Position numbers and translations under genes: made by a program. A DNA stretch of 64,000 nucleotides, from NCBI RefSeq assembly GCF_006345805.1, contig NC_043001.1:17546001-17610000 (forward strand), in the 5' to 3' direction. Source of the stretch: Octopus sinensis (taxonomy: Eukaryota). The notes beneath the pieces are model-generated. The model had not been told where the DNA came from, ran no database searches, and saw only the letters and a list, made by a program, of their open reading frames with translations. Shown piece after piece: positions 10,732 through 23,985 of the stretch (position 1 is the stretch's first letter; the number at the start of each line of letters is the position of its first letter).

Positions 10732-12059
10732 GTAAGTTGTCAGCTTGAATCAGTAACCATCTTGTAATGTTAGTAATTTCCTACCAAAGGGTAATTAGCT
10801 TATCGTTTGGGCCATGATCATTAGCGCTGTTGCATCAATGGTGGTTGAGTGTTTGGGCCCTCCATGCTATATTCCGGGTAGTTATGGTTATTAATTACCT
10901 GTAGTTAAGACTCATAAGGTCAATAACGTCTGCTTCACCTCATTCCAATTGTACAACTACCACCACAGTTACGATCTCACCAGTACGGTCACTACCACTC
11001 TACTACAACCAACACTGCATCACTTTAGTCACAACAACCACTATTCCTCTCAAACAATATTTCCAAACCATTTTTCTTTCTGTATTTAACACTTCATCTC
11101 CTCAATTCTACCCACCTACCCTTAAATGATAAAAGCAATCTGGTGGGCAGCATTCTTAAAATCAAATTTAGTCATAATACTGCGAATAATGACAAAGAAA
11201 TTTTCAAATTGAAAACAAGGCGGCAAGCTGGCAGAATCGTTAGCATGCCGGGTGAAAAGCGTAGCCGTATTTCGTCTGCCATTACGTTCTGAATTCAAAT
11301 TCCGCCGAGGTCAACTTTGCCTTTCATCCTTTCAGGGTCGATTAAATAAGTACCAGTTACACACTGAGGTCAATGTAATCGACTTAATCCGTTTGTCTGT
11401 CCTTGTTTGTCCCCTCTATGTTTAGCCCCTTGTTGGTAGTAAAGAAATAGGTATTTCGTCTGCCGCTACATTCTGAGTTCAAATTCCACCGAGGTCAACT
11501 TTGCCTTTCATCCTTTTGAGGGTTGATAAATTAAGTACCAGTTACGCACTGGGGTCGGTGTAATCGACTTAATCTGTTTGTCCTCTCTGTGTTTAGCCCC
11601 TTGTGGGTAGTAAAGAAATAGAAATTTTCAAATTAAAAACAATTTTCTCATTGGAAAACCCAAATTTCCCTCTAGAATCTTGGAATTTGCCCTTTTTGGA
11701 GAACATTTCTCCTAGGTTAAGAATTGCAGACATAGAGAACCCCTTATTGACACGGTGGGTGTAACATTCATATTCATTCCAACGAATTTTCTTCTCTATA
11801 AATCTCTCTCTCTTTCTCTCTCTCTCTCTATTAATATATTGATCTGACTGGTCAACACGGTCACCCCCAAATCAGCTTCATTACACACACACACAAACAC
11901 ACATGCAACGCACACACATGTAGATATTTGTAGATATAGCAAGCACACTGATCTACCCCATGGTAGTGGTGGTGATGGTAGTATAGTCATGTGTGTGAGA
12001 GAGAGAGAGTGAGTCCATCATGCCATAAGCTCTCCAAATATCATTCCCCTGTCCCCTTC

Positions 12060-12250
12060 ATGCTTCCACACTTTCCTGTCCTTCATCATCTTTGCGATAC
12101 ATCCTTTCTTCAAGGTTTGTGTCTTTCAGTGAATGTCACACATATGTTCAACAAGGTCTTCCCCTTTTCCTACCACATGCTTCTTCCCATAGTAATAGGT
12201 GACATACAACCTCATTGATTCTTTGCCAACGGTGTCCCACAAACTTAAGT
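12060..12250 (-). mobile_element. Degenerate RTE-X-like LINE fragment
   Basis: Hand translation: KFVGHRWQRINEVVCHLLLWEEACGRKRGRPC*TYV...DRKVW, with stops and a frameshift. Confidence 0.6.
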
Positions 12251-14071
12251 CAGAATTGTTAAATTTCCATTCAGTAAATGTTGTTACCAACAAATTTTCT
12301 TCATCCTCCTTAATTTACTCTCATCATCGTTCATCGTTTAACATCCGCTTTCCATGCTAGCATGGGTTGGACGATTTTGACTGAGGTCTGGCGAACCAGA
12401 TGGCTGCACCAGGCTCCAATCCTGATTTGGCAGAGTTTCTACAGCTGGATGCCCTTCCTAACGCCAACCACTCTGAGAGTGTAGTGGATGCTTTTACGTG
12501 CCACCTGCACGGGAGCCACCGGCATGGGGGCCAGTCAGGCGGTACTGGCAACGACCTCGCTCGAATCTTTTTACACATTCCACCAGCACAGGTGCCAGTA
12601 AGGCGGTTTTCTATTATCTTCATAATTGCCCCGCATTCATGTACATAGGCTTTCTACAACATCATCATCGTTTAACGTCCGTTGTCCATGCTGGCATGAG
12701 TTGGACGGTTTGACTGAGGACTGGTGAGCCAGAGGCTGCACCAGGCTCAATCTGATCTGGCAAAGTTTCTACAGCTGGATGTCCTTCCTAACGCCAACCA
12801 CTCTAAAGAGTGTAGTGGGTGCTTTGATGTAACACCAGCGCGAGGGCCAGTCAGGTGGTTCTGGCAACGACCACGCTCAAAAGGTGTTTTTATGTGCTAC
12901 CTGCACAGGAACCAGTTCGGTGGAACTGGCAATGACCACGCTCGAATGTTGTTTTTCACGTGCCACCAGCACATGTGCCGGTAAGGTGACACTGGCAATG
13001 ATCATGCTCAAATGATGCTTTCCATGTGTCACTGGCATGGGAGCCAAATTCTAAAAACTGTATTTAGAGATGTACTTGCATAGCAAGTGACCTGATCTGA
13101 GATCGTGTGCTAGAACAAAAACAACTGGAGCGTGGAAGGTGTTTATAAACCATTTAAGAAACACAAAAAAACCGTTATACTCACTTCAACATTTAAATTT
13201 AATTTGTCAAAATATTTTCGGTGCTTTGAGACCACGACCTGTTCACTGACAAAACTTCGTGCTAACAGGTCGTGGTCTCAAAGCGACGAAAATATTTTGT
13301 CAAATTAAATTTAAATGTTGAAGTGAATCTAACGGCTTTTGTGTGTTTCTTAATTGGCTTATAAGCACCTTCCATGCTGCAATTGTATTTAGAGATCATC
13401 AGTTATATTTGATTCCCATACATATAGATGCCTGATGAGTTAGGTTTGTCTACAAGCCTACAAAAATCTAGCTGAGTCAAGCTTATTAAATTATGTGTGT
13501 ATGTTTGTTTGTGATAGACACACAAGGTGCCTATGAATCACCTTTCCAATTTGAAAAACTCAGAAAACAATTAAAAAACAAGGATAACTGAGCAGAATCT
13601 GTTGGAAAATCTAGGCAAACAAATATAGTTTTATTAGAAACATCAGAACACTTCCACGTGGATTCCGTTGGTTGCACGCAACACATTCAGACAATCTCAA
13701 CTTTAATAGATGCAATAATTTGTGGTAGTTGTAAAGATAATTTATGAACACCTTGTATATGCATACATGAAATAAATGCAAATTCATATATATATATATA
13801 TCACTGTTGCTTTTACCTAAATTTTATTGATGGATCTTTGGATTTTGGTCAGAAACCAGTTCCTTCTTTGTTGGACGAATTAAAATAGTTAAAAAGAAAT
13901 GACAAACATACATTTATCCATACTAAATTTGTATACACATACACACACACACACCCTCACATTTATTCATATATATATGTATGTATATATTACGGAGATG
14001 TACTTGCATAGCAAGTGACCTGATCTGAGATCATGTGCTGGAACGAAAACAATTGCAGCGTGGAAGGTGTT

Positions 14072-14304
14072 TATAAGCCATTTAAGAAACATACAAAAAC
14101 TGTTAGATTCACTTCAACATTTAAATTTATATTTGACAAAATATTTTCGTCACTTTGAGACCACGACCTGTTCACTGACAAAATTCCGTGCTGCACGGAA
14201 TTTTGTCAGTGAACAGGTCGTGGTCTCAAAGCGACGAAAATATTTTGACAAATTAAATTTAAATGTTGAAGTGAATCTAACGCTTTTTGTGTTTCGTAAA
14301 TGGC

Positions 14305-14310
<6 letters not shown>
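14072..14310. repeat. Near-perfect palindrome of about 240 bp centred at 14192; related palindrome at 13119-13386
   Basis: ...AAATTCCGTGC T GCACGGAATTT...; the ORF track shows the same peptide on both strands. Confidence 0.95.
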
Positions 14311-14335
<25 letters not shown>

Positions 14336-14680
14336 TGTTTTTAAATACATTTTTTTATAAAGCCAAAACAATGGAAGTAATAAGAAAATATACACGTCAA
14401 TGTTTAGTACTTTTACCTTGTATTTCAGTACTTCGGGGCTAAGAAATCTGCTTCAGGAAATCTTTAGAGAATTCAGCTCACGGAGACCATTTCTGTGAAG
14501 ATTTCCTGAAGAAGGAGTCGTAATACTGAAACATTCAAATACGAGAAAAAAAAACTACCAAACATCAACTTGTAATTTTACTTATAACTTGCATCGTTTG
14601 GGCTTCATATCAAAAAATACTTGAAAACATTTTTATATATAAGACATTGCTTCACACAAACTATATTATTCTTACATACA

Positions 14681-14824
14681 CAGTCATGGCCAAAAAGTTT
14701 GGATCATAGGTCTGAAAATTAGAATTTTTATATCAAATGCCCAAAGTTATATTTGAATTGAATTGTACTTGGGCATAACAATTTTTGCTTTTAGAAAAAT
14801 GTTCCAAACTTTTAACCATGACTG
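14681..14824. mobile_element. Tc1-like MITE (144 bp)
   Basis: TIRs CAGTCATGGCCAAAAAGTTTGGA / TCCAAACTTTTAACCATGACTG, with TA on the right flank. Confidence 0.75.
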
Positions 14825-14909
14825 TATATATACACACACATATAAATATATATATATATAATATATATATATATATATTAGAAGGTTTGGAGATGATGTA
14901 CAGGTATTA

Positions 14910-15445
14910 TATATTAGAAGAAATGAGGTACTTAGAAATCTGGATGGTTTTATATTTACAGATATTTATTAGTATGCTACATGTTTTTATAAATCATATA
15001 TCATATATCATATATATTAGCGCTTTCGTCCATTCTAGTGGAGTCTTCAAATTGAACTAAGTTTTTGCAGGAATTTTGACTCTTTTTATAGTATTATTGA
15101 GTGTGTAGGGGCGGGGAGAGATATAAGATAGTACAAGAGGTTGATGAATGGGTAGAAAGTGAGAGAGAGCATGTGTGTGTGTATGTGTGTGCATGCATGT
15201 GCACATTTTCTCCCCATTCATCAACCTCTTGTACTATCTTATATCTCTCCCCACCACCGCACACTCAAAAAACTATAAAAAGAGTCAAAATTCCTGCAAA
15301 AACTTAGTTCAATTTGAAAACTCCACTAGAATGGACGAAAGCACTAATATATGATATATGATTTATAAAAACATGTAACATACTAATAAATATCTGTAAA
15401 TATAAAACCATTCAGATTTCTAAGTACCTCATTTCTTCTAATATA
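14910..15445. repeat. Inverted repeat with arms of about 240 bp and a spacer of about 50 bp
   Basis: TATATTAGAAGAAATGAGGTACTTAGAAATC... (14910-15156) is mirrored at 15206-15445. Confidence 0.92.
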
Positions 15446-15717
15446 TATATATATAACAGATAATATATGGTATAAGATCATGTATGTTATGCAAGAAACA
15501 TCATTCATTTTTAAAACTAAATTCCAACAGCTCATACTGTATCAATAAAATTTTAATTACTCACAAATTATTGCAGTTCATTTACACTTTTATTCTCTCT
15601 TTTTTTTTTTTAATCTCTTTTATACTCAGACATGTCTAACATATGAAGTTCCTTTAATAAATAGCAAATGTCAATTTTACCCCTGATATCATCCTCTTTG
15701 CTCTGCCATCATTACAG

Positions 15718-15816
15718 AACAAGAGTCGGTCCTTCAGTTAAGAAATTATTGGAAGAGTACAATATCAGCCCAAAAGATGTTCAACAAAGTGGTTCTCGAG
15801 GTCAAATTCTGAAGGG
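15718..15816 (+). CDS. PDHX: PDHX exon (peripheral subunit/E3-binding domain): LTRVGPSVKKLLEEYNISPKDVQQSGSRGQILKG
   Basis: ttacAG acceptor, GTAAAC donor, 99 nt, phase 2 to 2; PSBD pattern P-x-V-x-x-L-x-x-E...G-x-x-G-x-I-x-K-x-D. Confidence 0.9.
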
Positions 15817-15986
15817 GTAAACCACGGAATTTTATATATATACACATATATTTACTTATAATTCTGCTATAGTGTTTGTTTCCTTACTACATTAACCCAC
15901 CTGTGCTTCAACTAACCCCTCTAACACAGCATCATACTAAACCTTAGATTTTTTTGTTACATTAATTTATTATTTATTTTTATTTA

Positions 15987-16290
15987 TGCGCCCCTTTTCG
16001 AGCCTAGCCAGGCTCATAGACCCGGTTTCCCGGTTTCTGTGGCGTATGTGTTCCCCCCAGCTGGATGGGACATCAATCTATCGTAGCATTACTCAAGAAA
16101 CAGGAAGAAAGAGTGAGAGAAAGTTGGGGTGAAAGAGTACAACAGGGGTTGCCACCACCCCCTGCCGGAGCCTCATGGAGCTTTAGGTGTTTTTGCTCAA
16201 TAAACACACATAGCACCCAGTCTGGGAATCGAAACCACGATCCTCCGACCGCGAGTCCGCTGCCCTAATCACTGGGCCATTACGCCTCCA
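15987..16290 (-). mobile_element. tRNA-derived SINE family E; related copies at about 37843-38066, 49870-50215, 55636-55879 (all -)
   Basis: Reverse complement starts TGGAGGCGTAATGGCCCAGTG...GGTTTCGATTCCC (A and B boxes). Confidence 0.75.
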
Positions 16291-19200
16291 CATTAATTTA
16301 TATCATATTTATATTACAAGGTGACAGGAACCAAAAATGGTAGAACACTGAAATAAATACCTTCAGGTATTTAGTTACATCCCTTTACATTTTGTGTTCA
16401 AATCCTGGCAAGGTCGCCTTTGCCTGTCATCCTTGTTGGAGTACCAGGGTACCAAGGTATGTGTAAGGGTACTAGGATCTATTACATCGACTTTCCTCTT
16501 CATTGTCAGAAATCTATTTATTATGTGTTTTACGTTTATATGTGCGCATGTATTTTTACATACATTTTGTGTGTATGTGTGTCACTCAACACCACAGCTG
16601 AAGATATCTCCGAAAGTTAGGGGTCCCACCACATCAAAACGGTAGAGGGGTAGAGACCCGAAACCGGACGTGGTTCCTCCTGATGATGTCTTGAGCTAAC
16701 TGGATCCTATAAAGGAGCTGTTGTGGTAGCAGGCCACAAAACATGGTTGAAATTCCCCTTGTGTGTCTGTGTGTATGTGTGTCTGCGTGTATGTGTGTAT
16801 GTACATTTGTTTATTATTTTCCCTCTGATTGCCTAAGTCCATTGTCTCATTAACATCTCCCATTAATATTTTACTAACTTGTAACTATAACCCAATCGCC
16901 ATACTTTACTAACACATCACCATTTTAATACTATTGTCAGGCATCATACTACTAATCCCTTTTTCTCGCTTTACTGAAATAATATCTAACTTAACCCAGT
17001 TCATGGCAATAACCTTTACCTTGTTGAGTATTTTCTTATCATTTTATCAACACAGCACTTTACTCTTTTATTAAGACCAGTTGAAGCAAGTGAAATCAAA
17101 ATCAAAATCAAATTCGATGACTGGCATCCGTACTAGAGGGGTGCAAAGAGCACCATACGAGTGTGATCGTTGACAGAGCGGCTAACCAGCTTCTGTGCCA
17201 GTGGCACATAAAAGGGCACCTTTCAAGCGTGATCGTTACCAAACGTCGCCTTAGTGGCACCTGTGCCGGTGACATGTGTAAAAAAATTCAAGCGAGGTCA
17301 TTGCCAGTACCACCTGACTGACCCCCGTGCCGGTGGCACATAAAAAGCACCCACTACAATCTCAGAGTGGTTGGCATTAGGAAGGGCATCCAGCTGTAGA
17401 AACTCTGCCAGATCCATGAGTGTAGTGAGTGCTTTTACATGCCACCGGCACGAGGGCCAGTCAGGTGGTACTAGCAACAGCCACGCTCAAATGGTGTTTT
17501 TTACGTGCCACCTGCACAGGAGCCAGTCCAGCAGCACTGGCAACAACCTCGCTTGAATGTATTTTCATGTGCCACTAAGCTGGTAACGATCATGCTCGAA
17601 TAGTGCTTTTTACGTTCCACTGGCACGGAAGCCAGTTAGCTACTCTGGCAACGATCACGCTCAGATGGTGCTCTTAGTGCTCCACTAGCACGGATGCCAG
17701 TCATCAAATTTGATTTCGCACTAAATAGTACTTGCAAGTTCAAAAGTTTGAATCAGCATTATTATTTGTCATACATACATAGCTTCTTCAGGTTTGTATC
17801 TCTAGAAGAAAGTATGGTTGCCATTGAAAGAGCACACATGCCTGTAGCATTTTAGGGTCTATGAGTTGGTTTAAATGGATTTACAATCATCATCATCATC
17901 ATCATCATTGTTTAACATCTGCTTTCCATGCTGGTATGGGTTGGACGGTTTGACTGACGATTGGTAAGACAGGAGGCTGCACCAGGCTCCAATCTGATCT
18001 AGCAAGGTTTTCTACAGCTTGCTGCCCTTCCTAATGCCAACCACTCTGAGAGTGGGTGCTTTTTATGTGCCACCAGCATGGGTGCCAGTCAGACGGCACT
18101 TGCATCGACCATGCTCAAATGGTGCTTTTTATGTGCCTCTGGCACAATGAATTCTTTATTATATTTCATGTCCCTTGATGAGTACTGCTTAATATTGGAT
18201 TTAGAATATATATTTTCTCTTAGTACCGCCTGACTGGCCCCCATGCCGGTGGCACGTAAAAAGCACCCACTACACTCTCGGAGTGGTTAGCGTTAGGAAG
18301 GGCATCCAGCTGTAGAAACTCTGCCAAATCAAGATTGGAGCCTGGTGCAGCCATCTGGTTCGCCAGCTTTCAGTCAAAATCGTCCAACCCATGCTAGCAT
18401 GGAAAGCTGACGTTAAACGACGATGATGATGATGATGTACAGGTTTTTAGCTTATTTGACAACACAACTTTTGTTGTATGATTGCACCCTAAAAAAAAAA
18501 TAAGAAAAAGAAAATCATGTTCCATCAAATTTTCTGTCGTTGAGGAGGAACTCCTGTCTTGACTTATCTTGGGAAGCAGGAATTTATTTTAAAACAACTG
18601 TCCAGTGGATACTTGCTACTGATGAAACTCAAAAAAAGCAGAAATCTGGATGTACCACTGCCTTTGCCACTGCTGAGTGATTTTCACTTGTTGCTGATGT
18701 ATTTCTGTGTTTTGTTAACACTATATAAGAGATGCTTTCTTAAGAAGGCTACTGCAATTTAGAAAGCTTTGAAAAAGTATATATGCTTTAAGTATGATAT
18801 ACAGATTTTCTATTGGCAGTGAAAATGGTAATATAAAAATAGTGAAGTTGTACTGATTTAATACTACTATGTCTAACTCCTATTACTTATGTTTTATTTT
18901 AAAACTAGATAAAGCATATAATTATAATTTTTTTTGTAAACCTGACGGATAAATGGGTTGTCAGTCTTACTTCGTAATCTCAGATATTAATACCAGAGAT
19001 GGCTAACATGGGGTGTTTTGTTTCTTGTGAAGAGTAGCAACCCCTAATATTTTTAGGAAATACTCTTCATCAGAAAAATTCTTTTTTGAGTTTTTTCTGC
19101 TGTTGTTTCTTTACACTTGCATGGATTGGATGGTTTTCATCGGAAAACCATCCCATCCATGCAGTGGTGAGCTGGCAGAAATGTTAGCACGCCGAGCGAA

Positions 19201-19608
19201 ATGCTTAGCAGTATTTCATCTGCCGCTACGTTCTGAGTTCAAATTCCGCCGAGGTCGACTTTGCCTTTCATCCTTTCGGGGTCGATTAAATAAGCACCAG
19301 TTACGCACTAGGGTCGATACAATCGATTTAATCCATCTGTCTGTCTGTCCTTGTTTGTCTCCTCTGTGTTTAGCCACTTGTGGGTAGTAAAGAAATAGGT
19401 TTTCATTGGAATAGTTGTTTCACAATGAGTTGGCCTTCCTGCAAAGTAGGGGAACAGAGCAGATTTTTATGTCAGCAGAATTTGGTGAGTTCCTTTGAGA
19501 GCTAACAGATTGGTCCTAGTGTCAGAATAAAATATTAGTTAATCAAATATAAACAAAATTACTTCAACAATGGATATGAGAAACCAGTGCTCTTTGTTTT
19601 TCTTCCAG

Positions 19609-19837
19609 TGATGTTCTCTCAGTCATCAAGACAAAACATCTTGTGAGGTCAAGCCCACCATCTCCGGTTCAGCCAACACCTGTTCAGTCAGTACCTGTTC
19701 CACCAATTACTCAAACTCAGATAAAAGCACCACCACCACCTGCGCCTGCCGCTAAGGGTCCATCAAAGCTAAAGTACACAGATATTCCTGTTAGCAGTAT
19801 GAGGAAAACAATAGCCAAACGTTTGACTGAATCAAAG
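19609..19837 (+). CDS. PDHX: PDHX exon (end of PSBD, Pro-rich linker, start of core): DVLSVIKTK...YTDIPVSSMRKTIAKRLTESK
   Basis: ttccAG acceptor, GTAAGC donor, 229 nt, phase 2 to 0; DIP-x-x-x-MRKTIAKRLTESK is typical of E2/E3BP cores. Confidence 0.93.
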
Positions 19838-21164
19838 GTAAGCGATGTGACTAAGGCGGCGAGCTGGCAGAAATGTTAGCACGTCGGGCGAAATGCTTAA
19901 CGGCATTTCGTCTGCTACTATGTTCTGAGTTCAAATTCTGCCAAGGTCGACTTTGCCTTTCATCCTTTTGGGGTCGATTAAATAAGTACCAGTTACGTAC
20001 TGGTGTCGATGTAATCGACTTAATCCGTTTGTCTGTCCTTGATTGTCCTCTCTGTGTTTAGCCCCTTGTGGGTAGTAAAGAAATAGGTAAGGGACGTGAC
20101 TTTATCGACCAAATTGTCAGTTCTTATATTAGAACTAATTTGATTCTGCTGAAGCTGATCATTTCCTTCTTCCCTTTTTGAGGTCGATGAAATAAGTACC
20201 AGTTGAACACTGGGGCCACTGTAATCGATTAACCCCATCTCCCAAAATTTCAGTCCTTGTGAAAGGATATTAGAAATGATTCTTAACCCCTTGACGCCGG
20301 TATTACCTGAAGCATGCGAGACCCTGCTCCGGTCTTTTTTATCTGAGGCCACACAAACACACAAGTGCCAACGAGCTCGCGTCTATTTACGTTCACCGTG
20401 ACAATAACGTAGCGTCATACATTTACGTCTACCGGTTTATGAAAACGAACTATCTGAAGCTATTTATCATAATATGATACGCACGAGTTATTCTGCTCGA
20501 GTTAAAAAAATAGCTTGCGTGTGGTACAACTCTGGTCTACTGCTAGTCTTCATTTTTGGCACTTGATGCTTTGGGAACCATACAAAAATTTAATATCCAC
20601 TTTCCATGCTGGCATGGGTTAGACTGGAACTTAAGCCGGAGAGCTGCACCAAGTTCCAGTCTGATTTGGCATGGTTTCTACAGTTGGATGCTCTTCCTAA
20701 CGCCAACCACTCCAAGAGTATAGTGGGTGTTTTTTACATGCCACTGGCACGGGTGCCATTTATGTGACAGCAGCAATGACCATAACTATGACATCATGGG
20801 TGCCATAGAAACAAAGACCCCCTAAATTTATCATATTTTTCCAGGATATAAGTCTACGTAGTCTATAGTATAACCATGAAGGGTTCAAATATTGTTGTTA
20901 TTTTACCAAATCCTGTTGCATTTCTGTGGGATTTTTGGTCCTCCGAAGTCGTTTTTTGTAGGATGTAGGGTGTTAATTTGGGTCTGGAAAGTTTAATTTC
21001 TATGTCAGAAAATAGAGTATTTTAAAAAATTATTTTGATTAGAATTTGTTTACTGTAAAATAGATGTAATTAAGTTTTCTGACAGATCGTTGCATGTTAT
21101 TTAATTCTTCATTGCCATATATTGAAATTTGTTATGCTGACATTCCATATTCTATCTCTTCTAG

Positions 21165-21240
21165 ACGACTATTCCCCATTCTTATGGCTCTATTGAATGC
21201 AATGTTGACAGTGTGAGTGCACTTAGGAAGAAATTGATTG
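21165..21240 (+). CDS. PDHX: PDHX exon: TTIPHSYGSIECNVDSVSALRKKLI
   Basis: ctctcttctAG acceptor, GTAAGC donor, 76 nt, phase 0 to 1; TIPH motif. Confidence 0.92.
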
Positions 21241-21300
21241 GTAAGCATTAAACACACACTCGTGCATTCAAGCACGCACTCACTCACACACACACACAAG

Positions 21301-21332
<32 letters not shown>

Positions 21333-22258
21333 GTTTAATGTCTGCTTTCCATGCTAGCATGGGTTGGACGATTTTGACTGAGGGCTGGCAAACCAGATGG
21401 CTGCATCAGGCTCCAATCTTGATCTGGCAGAGTTTCTACAGCTGGATGCCCTTGCTAACGCCAACCACTCCGAGAGTGTAGCAGGTGCTTTTTACGTGGT
21501 ACCGGCACAGGGGCCAGTTAGGCGGTACTGGCAACGACCTCGCTCGAATCTTTTTGCACATGCCCCCAGTACAGCTGCCAGTAAGGCGACGTTGGTAACG
21601 ATCACACTCAAATGGTGCCTTTTATGTGCCACCGGCACAGAAGCCAGTTGGCTGCTCTGGCAACGATCACGCTCGGATGGTGCTCTTGGCACCCTACTAG
21701 CACAGGCACAAGTGCCATTAAGACGACACTGGTAACGATCACACTCGAATGGTGCCTTTTATGTGCCATTTATCAGGTGGTGGCATATTGATGCTTAAAA
21801 CTGAGAAGGTGGAAACTATTTCTTTATGTCTTGGAACTTGATTATTTCTCATAACTTTCTGGTTCAACAAATTGGAACTGATACATGCCACATTTAAAAT
21901 GAGTATTTGAGTGAATAGGACTGGCTGAAACCCTTGAAGGTAATACTCCAGTCTGGTGCCTGAAACAAGTAAAAGAGTAAAAGAAGAGTATTGTAGTTTG
22001 CTTGAAGTATTATGTATTGTTTGTAAAGAATAAAGAGTTTTGAATGGTACAACAATAGACTATAATACAGACAATGGGCTGTGTATACCTGTTGTAATTT
22101 AGTCATCCATAGTCTGATATGATATTTCGGAATAATATTCCTTCTTCTATCAGTCTCTTTTACCGAACTGCTAATTTACGGGGACGTGAACACATCAGCA
22201 TCGGTTGTCAAGCGATGTTGGGGGGGACAAACACAGACACACAAGCACACACACATAC

Positions 22259-22312
<54 letters not shown>

Positions 22313-22386
22313 AGAGTTTACGAAAAAAACAAAACACCAGCATCAGTTCTCAAGCGATGTTTGGGGGACAAACACACAAACATATT

Positions 22387-22430
<44 letters not shown>

Positions 22431-22824
22431 TATATATATGATGGGCTTCTTTCAGTTTCCATCTACCAAATCCACTCACAAGGCTTTGGTCGGCCCGAGG
22501 CTATAGTAGAAGACACTTGCCCAAGGTGCCACGCAGTGGGACTGAACCCAGAACCATGTGGTTGGTAAGCAAGCTACTTACCGCACAGCCACTCCTACGC
22601 CTATATATGTATAAAACACATATACATATATACATGTGTCAAGCTTCTTACAGTTTCTGTCCTTCAAATCTACTCATAAGACCCTAGATGGCCTGGGGCC
22701 ACAGCAGAAGACATTTGCCAGACCATTGAATGATAAATTATATTTGTGTATGTTATCATTTAAACACTTGCCATTCAGTAAATGTCTAATTTGTATTATT
22801 TTTTTTTTCTCCTCTCTTGTACAG

Positions 22825-22886
22825 CGGATGGTGTAAAAGTGTCCCTGAATGATTTTATCATAAAAGCTGCCGCCCATGCTCTACGG
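22825..22886 (+). CDS. PDHX: PDHX exon: ADGVKVSLNDFIIKAAAHALR
   Basis: gtacAG acceptor, GTAAGG donor, 62 nt, phase 1 to 0; KVSxNDFIIKA motif. Confidence 0.93.
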
Positions 22887-23948
22887 GTAAGGATTTTATT
22901 ATGACACCTTTAGACTGAGTCAGAGTGAGAGATTAACAAATGTTCTTAGATATATAAATGTAAATAATGTATTTCATTTCATGTTGCTCCAGCCCCCTCA
23001 GCTGTATGCTTGCCTATTCAGCAAGGTTGGTATTATTCGAAAGCTAAATGCATGGCTAGGAATAGATATCACTGTATTACTATCGACCAGACTATTTTTT
23101 TTTTTTATATATATCTAAGAACATTTGAGTGTCGCCAGTTTGGTGGTACTGGCAACAGCCATGCTCAAATGGTGTTTTTTTACGTGCCACCTGCACACAA
23201 GCCAGTCCAGCGGCACTAGCAACGACCTCGCTCAAATGTTTTTCATATGCCACCGGCACAAGTGCCAGTAAGGTGACGCTGGTAACGATTACATTTGAAT
23301 GGTGCTTTTTACATGCCACCAGCACAGAAGCCAATCAGCTGCTCTGGCAGCCATCATGCTCGGATGGTGCTCTTAGCACTCCACTGGCACAGGTGCCAGT
23401 CATCGAATTTGCGAATTTGATACATATAAATATTATAATAAGGGTGTTGAATGGTTACAACACCAGCCTGCTAGAAATAGACCCCAAAAGGTCTATGAAC
23501 CACTACTTCTAGCAGACTGGTGTTATAATCATTCAACACCCTTATTATAATTTTAATATAAATTAACCATTATGGTATTTTTAGTATGTTGGCCACTGAT
23601 AAATCATTAAATAATGATTTTATCATACTTATGTACAAAAATATATATGTATATATAAATATCCATCTATCTGTCTATCTATCTACAGTGGTCTTTTCTG
23701 TAGGCTTTTCTTCCCACGGATAAACCTTATCTGCTTCCCCCTTTACACTTTACATCATGACACTGTGATACACAATCCCTATTGATCATTTTTTTTTTTC
23801 CTTTTTTTTCTTCTTCTTTCCCTTTTACGATCCCTTTTGATCAAAAACCTACCCCACCTTTTTTTTTTCTTCTCTCCCCAAAACAGAAAAGCTCTACTTT
23901 GTAATCTGTCCTGTCTGTGTGCAGCCCTGTGTGGCTAATAAAGAAACA

Positions 23949-23985
<37 letters not shown>

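Noticed and set aside
18603-18660. Hammerhead-like CTGATGA...GAAA with CAGTGG/CCACTG flanks
   Set aside because: No credible stem II, and the flanking helix is out of register with the core; may be a heavily decayed relic or chance.
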